DNA of 61,318 nt, the filler included, from Platydemus manokwari (Eukaryota): assembly GCA_037951405.1 (NCBI GenBank). It is 6 parts of 6 records of this genome, joined end to end, with 100 filler letters (N's around TTAATTAATTAA, not from the genome) between each part and the next. Parts side by side here need not be neighbours in the genome. Positions count along the whole stretch, not along the records: positions 50,484 to 61,318 come from JBBMOY011101998.1; 5 more parts are not named here. One strand, 5' to 3'. Of the stretch, positions 55,101 through 61,318 are shown piece by piece (the stretch's first letter is position 1; every line of letters starts with the position of its first letter). The position numbers and the translations under genes are program-made. Under the pieces are notes generated by a model. The model ran no database searches. It was not told the DNA's origin and was given only the letters and a program-made list of their open reading frames with translations.

Positions 55101-56057
55101 GAATGATAGTTATCTAATTTGAATTAAATCGATAATGGGCTGTTCATAAATTAAAATTATAGAATGTTTCTGATTATGATTAATATCTAAATATGTTAGC
55201 AAATTTTTTCACATCAAAATGATTTTAATGTTTACTTCATATATCATGGGAAAATTGTCATATGAATGACATTATTATTAATCTCATAATCGTAATATTT
55301 GAGGCTTGGTTGTATAAAATGATTGTTTAATTATATTTCCCCGAAGATTATAGTTATAAATTCTATAAACTTGTATGTTACCGTAAATTTTGTAAAGCCA
55401 ATCACGTTTTATTAAATTTAATCTCTTTTTAATCCCAAGAGATTGTTCTATGTGTACAGTATAATTTTTAATCCTTTTCGTATCTCATTCTCTGACTGGT
55501 TGATATAAGAGGATTTATAACAACTTATAAATTGAAAATATCGAATTCGGATCAAGTTTCAAAGAGACAGTAGTGAGAATGAGACTATTTTAATTAAAAT
55601 GGAATGAGAGCTGATGTGAAATATAACAAATAACTATTCTCAATTGTTTATTTTTATTTCGAATCATTTTCATTATTGTTGATATCCTTATTATTTTGCA
55701 TTCATTTTATTGACCTTAATCTCAAGTTATTCTTATAGGAAATAATGAGTGTCGTGACCTATAATTATAAACAAATCTCTCTACCAGAAGACATCGCTGC
55801 TCAGACATTCTATATCAATCACATATTGATTCACCTGTGTGACGAAATGATTCCAAACAGTTTTGGGGTATGAGTTTTCCATATTTGATGAACATTATTG
55901 ATTATTTTTATTAAAGGTTTTTGAAAACAAGATCGATTTTAATCGATTGCCAATAGATCTGTCCGAGCTTTACAAAGCCGGAATAACATTACCGAAAATG
56001 GCCTTATTAGTAGGTAAATTCAAGAATCAGAAAAATATCGTTTCAACGCTGGCATAA
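52126..56057 (+). CDS. DDAH: Dimethylarginine dimethylaminohydrolase (DDAH)-like protein, 277 aa, catalytic triad substituted
   Basis: Exons 52126-52389, 52440-52542, 52699-52895, 55739-55867, 55917-56057 (834 nt, phases consistent, no stops). Motifs HPECVKVDDTAVI, GSDVLFTGKEIIVGIS.TNENGA, MAG, LPEDIAA, LSELYK. Confidence 0.92.
53165..54170 (-). mobile_element. Degenerate Tc1/mariner transposase (DUF4817-type) in DDAH intron 3
   Basis: Minus strand TDKAKFNLNGSIN (cf. SDEAxFxLNGxVN), MTVWADISG (cf. VTVWCGIS), *PSRSLDSIPGDFF (cf. WPPRSPDLTPxDFF). Possible TIR ta-catggtccccca at ~53165. The upstream boundary is approximate. Confidence 0.75.
54498..54513. repeat. (CA)n microsatellite
   Basis: cacacacacacacaca. 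Confidence 0.8.
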
Positions 56058-56205
56058 AGAGGGTTTTCGTGTGCGCGTGTGTTTTTTTTTATTTTTGTGG
56101 CAGAATAATCGATAATTGTTTATTTTTGAATCAATCTGTGCAGAGCGGAAATCATTTATCTTTTGTGTGTTGATACACATTTCCAATGACTCTAGCTTAA
56201 ATTAA

Positions 56206-56403
56206 TATTATTATTATTATTATAGCTCTTTTATAATTTGTTATATTATTATTATTATTATTGTGTGCGCGTGATCTGGTTGCATAATTATTATTAGCTT
56301 TTTATATTGACATTATCTCCAGAGATTGTTGTTTTCTTTCCTCATTTGTTTGTATTGATTGATACATCATGTCGAGATGATTAATAATAATAATAATAAT
56401 AAT
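56206..56403. repeat. (TTA)n/(ATA)n microsatellite tracts downstream of DDAH
   Basis: Three short trinucleotide tracts at ~56206-56223, ~56243-56262 and ~56383-56403. Confidence 0.7.
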
Positions 56404-58020
56404 TGATGAGATGACATTGATGTCGACGATTCCAATTGTACAGTGATTTACAACTTGTACTTGTGTTTACCGTTAAAATAATAATAATGATTATTGTTTG
56501 GTTATTCATTCTTTCATTGAATTTTGCAATGTTTTTCGATTCACTTTTATAACATGAGGAACACAGCTATTATATACAATTAATTTCATCAGGTTCTGTG
56601 CTTATTAGGTTTCATAACATATCAGTGATGCTTATCACCATGACATTCAGTCACTTAGTTACACAAATTTTGAATATTTTATATAACAGCAGATATATCA
56701 CAATTAATAAACCAATTTTTGAAAAAGTAAAATTTAATAATAACAATAATAGGCTTATGTTTAATCAATCGTTATGAATTGCATTGGTCACTGTTGGCCT
56801 GTTTTTAGGTAACTTAAATATCTTATTATTTGAGTCATATTTCCTCTACCATGATTATTCAATATTAATTACCCAAACTGTTTATTAATCGATCCAAATT
56901 TTATCTGATTTGTGCCAAGAGTAAATATTTTACATTCCTTAAATTTAACCAATAAGTGCTTCAGAATTCAAAATGTCATTATTTTCAGAGTGAGAATACT
57001 GTGTTTTATTCATTTCTAATCTGTAAATTTATATAATAATAATAATATTTGAAAATTATATTAATAATAAATACAATTCCATACAAATAGACATATTGGA
57101 GGTGTATCTATGTTAGACTTGAACTAATAAACTGGATGAATCAGTGATGATTTTTAATGGTTCTGATATTGATATAATCATTGATAATATTTTCTTGAGA
57201 TTCAATAAACACAAAGTGACAAATAATGGTTAGTGATTTGTTGAATGAAACATTATCATCTTAATTGTCATTTTATTCACTCAACCGGATCTGCTGATTG
57301 AAGTCTGTACTTTATATATTCATTTAAAGGCTAGAAATTTGTTTCACAATATGAACAAATCTGGGAACAAGAATAAGAAATTTGCAAACAATCGATTTAT
57401 TTAATGACTTGAAATTTAATCCCCAAATCACGGAGATTGAGTTGGCGATATTGATATGATATTGAAGTAAATTACAGTTTTCCATTAACAAACTTGATTA
57501 ATCACAAGATTATTGATCACAGAAAATGTCAAACTAGATGATTATCAGTAAAATGTGTGTAAAATAATAAATATTTGTGTTCAAAAATTGAGAAATGAGA
57601 ATAAAAATTGGAATGGATAAATAAAATATGTCAAATGGTAGATCTTGATATAATTATTTCTGTAACTAATTGATCAATATTAGTTATTTTTGGGTTCCAA
57701 ACATGGTTTATGACATTAATATAATATTAACATTTATTGATATTGTCCCCTTCTTAATCAATCTCTGGAATTCTGATGACACACGGTTAGTAATAAATCT
57801 TATTGTTTTGCTCGTCTTTCACCTCTATCACTATCACTCGTATTAGGTCGAGAAGAGTGATTTTGGGCAATGTATTTATCAAAAATCTTATATTTGATCC
57901 TATTTGTAGTTCCTTAATGACTCAGACTTTCTATATTAATACAGCGTTGAATTTTATTACTTATTCTATTATTGTTCCTTTATCAGTCTTGTGTACTTGC
58001 AAATTATTCTATTTTTTACT

Positions 58021-60942
58021 AGTTAGTTAAAAATGAGATTTGTTTTAATATTAAAGAAACGCATGTAATTTTGAAATACAAATAAAATATTGATGGAAGC
58101 AACCTGTGTTTTTACTAGTGACCACACCGAAATTAACGCTCTGACAAGAGCTAAACGGGAAGAGAGACAGAAAAGTTTTGCGAATTTACCACAAAAAACT
58201 CAGGATTTATTAATTCCGAAACCCTCATTCTTCGATTCATCAATCCAAGATGCAAAGAAATGGTTCGAAACAGCCAAAGATTTCACAACATTTAATCAAA
58301 TGGAACTATTATTTGCATTTGACATGTTGTTAAGAGATGACGCCAAACAACTGTGACAAGAATTCAGCAGTTTCAAAGAGGCCGTTTCAAATGAAGAAAT
58401 TGAGAAATGGTTTTTAGAAACTTTCTCACATGCCAAAACAGTGTACAACAAGGTTCAAGATTTGGCAAAAATGCAACAAAGACCAGATAAAAATATCGCA
58501 GATTTGAACTTCGAGTAAAGAAACTAGTTTTGGAGGTGTTTGACAAGGAAAACGCTCTTGAAGAAATTTCAAGACTATTTATTCTGCAATGTCTAAATAG
58601 CAAGAAATTAAAAGCATCATTTAACTCGACCTTGCAATGTCCGACAATAGAAAAAGAGACCTAGCTGTCAATTTTGAGAAATTAACTCCGACGAAGCCCA
58701 TAAACGCCATCAAGAGGACATATGCTCAGTTGGTATTTCAAAATGACGCAAGAAAGATTTTTCAGAAGGCGATTTCGTTCAAAAAGCCAAGTCCAATCGT
58801 GCAGGAAAGAGATTTTGATGTAAAAAAATATTATAGAGCATCAGTTAATCGCATTGAATCTCCAAACTTTACAACGATTGTAGAGGAAATCCCACACCAC
58901 GTGGAGATTATTTGAAACCAGGAGCTTGATTTTGCTGTGGTGAGCTCGTACACCGGAAGTTTGAATGTCCACTGCGGAATATGTTCATATGCAGAAAAGA
59001 AGGACATTCGTTCAGAGAATGTCATTTAGGTAGAAAGCCTAGGTACAATGGTCCGAGGAGAATATTTTGCATCCATGACGAAGAAGATGAAGTCGATTTT
59101 CAAAACGAAAGGGAAGCAAGTGATTGTGTTAGCTCACTTTCTATGGAAGACAAAAAAACTGGAAATTGGAGTGGAGTACAGAGTGTGAGGAAAGCTCTGG
59201 AAACCTTAAAGAAAAATTATGGTTAGCTCCGATTTTGGCCTTTCCGGATCCAAACAAAGAGATGATTTTAGATACCAACGCTAGTTTCGGAGCGATTGGA
59301 GGCGTTCTAATCCAGCTGGATGACAATGGAAAAAGAGTAGTGGTCTATGGTTCTAGAACTTTTAACAGTCATGAAAAAGATTATTGCGTTACGAGGAAAG
59401 AGATTTTGGCAATCCACGAGTTTACTATGCATTTTAGACATTATCTGTTGGGAAGGAAATCTGTGCCTCGCACCGATCACATACATGAAGAAAACTAACA
59501 AACCGATTAGCCCTCACTTTCAAATATGTTTTGCAATATAGAAAAGCATCAAATCATGGAAATGCAGTGGACTCTCAAGGATAGGCGAAGCATTTTGTTC
59601 ACAATGCTTAACTCAGCACCAGGGCGCTAAAGAAGGTAAACCAAAAACCCGGTTTATTAATGCTATCAAGCATTCAATTGCAAATAATGACGAACTAAGA
59701 AAGATTCAACAAGAAGATACTGTCGTTAGTTCCATTCGAAAATGGTTATGGAAAACAGAAGCAGAAGTCAATTCAACAGTCAAGAAAAGCAAATATTTTC
59801 ACACTATAGAGAAATATGAGTTGTTTGAAGATATGGTGGTGTATAATGTGAATGGAAAGAAGCTAATTGTTATACAAGAGGTTTATTTGCAGAAACTTAC
59901 GAGATACCTTCATGAGGCGTTGTACCATATCAATAATAAGAAATTGGTCGATTACATTCAAAAAATTTACTGCGGGCCAAATATGTCACGAAGCGTCGAA
60001 CACAAAGTGCGAAATTGTGATATTTGTGCTAAACGGAAGGTATACACTGGATGGACTAAAGAGATTATGATTCCCAGGGAAGAGTTAGGGCCTCTGGAAC
60101 AGATCGTTGTTGATGTTGCGCACTTTCGAGAATTTTTAACTAAAACCAGATATTTGTTGGTTATTGTAGATAATTGTTGATGATTCAGTAAGTTAGTAAG
60201 CTTAGTGCCACTTATTCGACAAGACGAGACTAGTATTTCTAAAGTCTATCATCGATTATTGGATCTATAAGTATTAGGGTCATATAAAGCTCACTGATCG
60301 GAATAGAGTCTTTGAATGAAGGGAATTGAAGGATTTATCGATACGTTTAGGAATAAAACAAGAGTATACCTCTCCATACCAACATCAGACAAATGGTTTA
60401 GCCAAAAGGATGATTAGGACAGTGCGAAACATGTTGGTAACATAGATGGCATCAGAGAAACAGGCTTGGGATAAATTAATACCGCAGTAAGAATTCATCA
60501 TCGATGCAACATATCAAAGTTCAATTCAACATTCTCCTTTTGAAATATTGTTTGGACAAAGAATTAATATGCATGAGTTACGACTATATAAACCAACTCA
60601 TCACGACCAGATCATCAAAGAAAAGGAAATGTAGCTAAAATCACTAGCCACAAACTTAAAGAAATTCGATGCTGAGAAAATAGTATGTAGAATTTTCACA
60701 GTTGAAGAAGAAGTTTTAGTGAAGGAAGAACCACATAAGATAAAGAAGAACGGAGATTGTTATGGAAGTTCCTCACATAATTCTGAAATTTCTAAGTCCA
60801 CATCAAGTACTTCTTGATTTCCAGGGCCAACCAAAACCTGAAGAATTGAGTGGCTAAAAAGAATCTCAAAAACAACGGGAAAGGGAAGTTAGATAAAAAT
60901 GACCTTTGTTTTAATATTAAAGAAACGACTTGTGTTTTTACT
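58021..60942 (+). mobile_element. Ty3/gypsy element, short-LTR family copy 3 (gag, RNase H, IN; PR and most RT deleted)
   Basis: Perfect 5-bp TSD ttact (58016-58020 / 60943-60947). 5' LTR 58021-58116, 3' LTR 60887-60942. gag ATG 58093; knuckle CFICRKEGHSFREC; RNase H APILAFPD...DTNASFGAIGGVL; integrase CDIC, IVVDVAHF, SPYQHQTNG; PPT gggaaaggga 60877-60886. Confidence 0.94.
58116..58129 (+). promoter_or_regulatory. Putative primer-binding site (T[G/A]GTGACC..., tRNA-Trp-like) inside gag
   Basis: Immediately follows and overlaps the LTR end. Copy 1 has TGGTGACC, complementary to a tRNA 3' end ...GGUCACCA. Confidence 0.5.
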
Positions 60943-61318
60943 TTACTAAAAGGCGAAAGTCTTTACGATTAAATTTATTGTAGTCCAGAAAATCCATAGC
61001 CGCTATTTTCCTATGATTAAGTATACTAATTGTAATTATTTTAAGAAGTTTCTAATCATTCTATTATATCGGATTTTTTTAATTTATTTTAATGGGGATT
61101 TTATAATTATTTATTTATTTTCGCACATTCTCCCGAAATAGTTAAGGTTATTTATACATGACATACTTGAATATCACTCAGAAAAAATTAATACTAATAA
61201 CTAATACCTTTATACATAAAATTTCTTTTAAATTATCATCAGTCCTTGAGCCTATACACAAACAAGTGAATTTTAAAAATTCAATGACTCTCCAGTTGAG
61301 TAGTTGGAAATTCGAAAT

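Noticed and set aside
1-61318. CRISPR arrays, tRNA/rRNA/snRNA genes, prokaryotic operons
   Set aside because: No repeat-spacer arrays seen; GGTTCGA hits lack cloverleaf context; the sequence is intron-containing eukaryotic DNA.

Overview
AT-rich eukaryotic DNA. It is six contigs joined by five artificial 100-bp linkers (N44-TTAATTAATTAA-N44), so adjacency across linkers is not proven. Very short GT-AG introns (42-59 bp) and the TE content suggest a planarian-type flatworm (inference). Host genes reconstructed exon by exon: a secreted F-type lectin (FTP)+PAN protein (15083-16006), a 13-exon, 3'-incomplete CNBD2-like cyclic-nucleotide-binding gene (18346-27855), RPL18 (41742-42352), two tandem paralogous type-I membrane proteins built from an unrecognised duplicated 6-Cys domain (44957-45841, 48141-48969), a DDAH homologue with an intact ORF but all three catalytic residues replaced (52126-56057), and one unidentified gene (35857-37936). 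The rest is largely decayed TEs: Ty3/gypsy, restriction-like-endonuclease (RLE) LINEs, pogo/Tigger and Tc1/mariner. The most notable observations are: (1) a gypsy family in three copies with ultra-short AGT...ACT LTRs, 5-bp TSDs, the gag ATG inside the LTR, the PBS inside gag, and 5'/3' LTR length asymmetry; (2) a 412-bp insertion with (AGT)3 terminal repeats, a terminal hairpin and a 6-bp TSD, resembling a mini-Polinton; (3) the novel Cys-rich receptor-like pair; (4) the DDAH pseudoenzyme.
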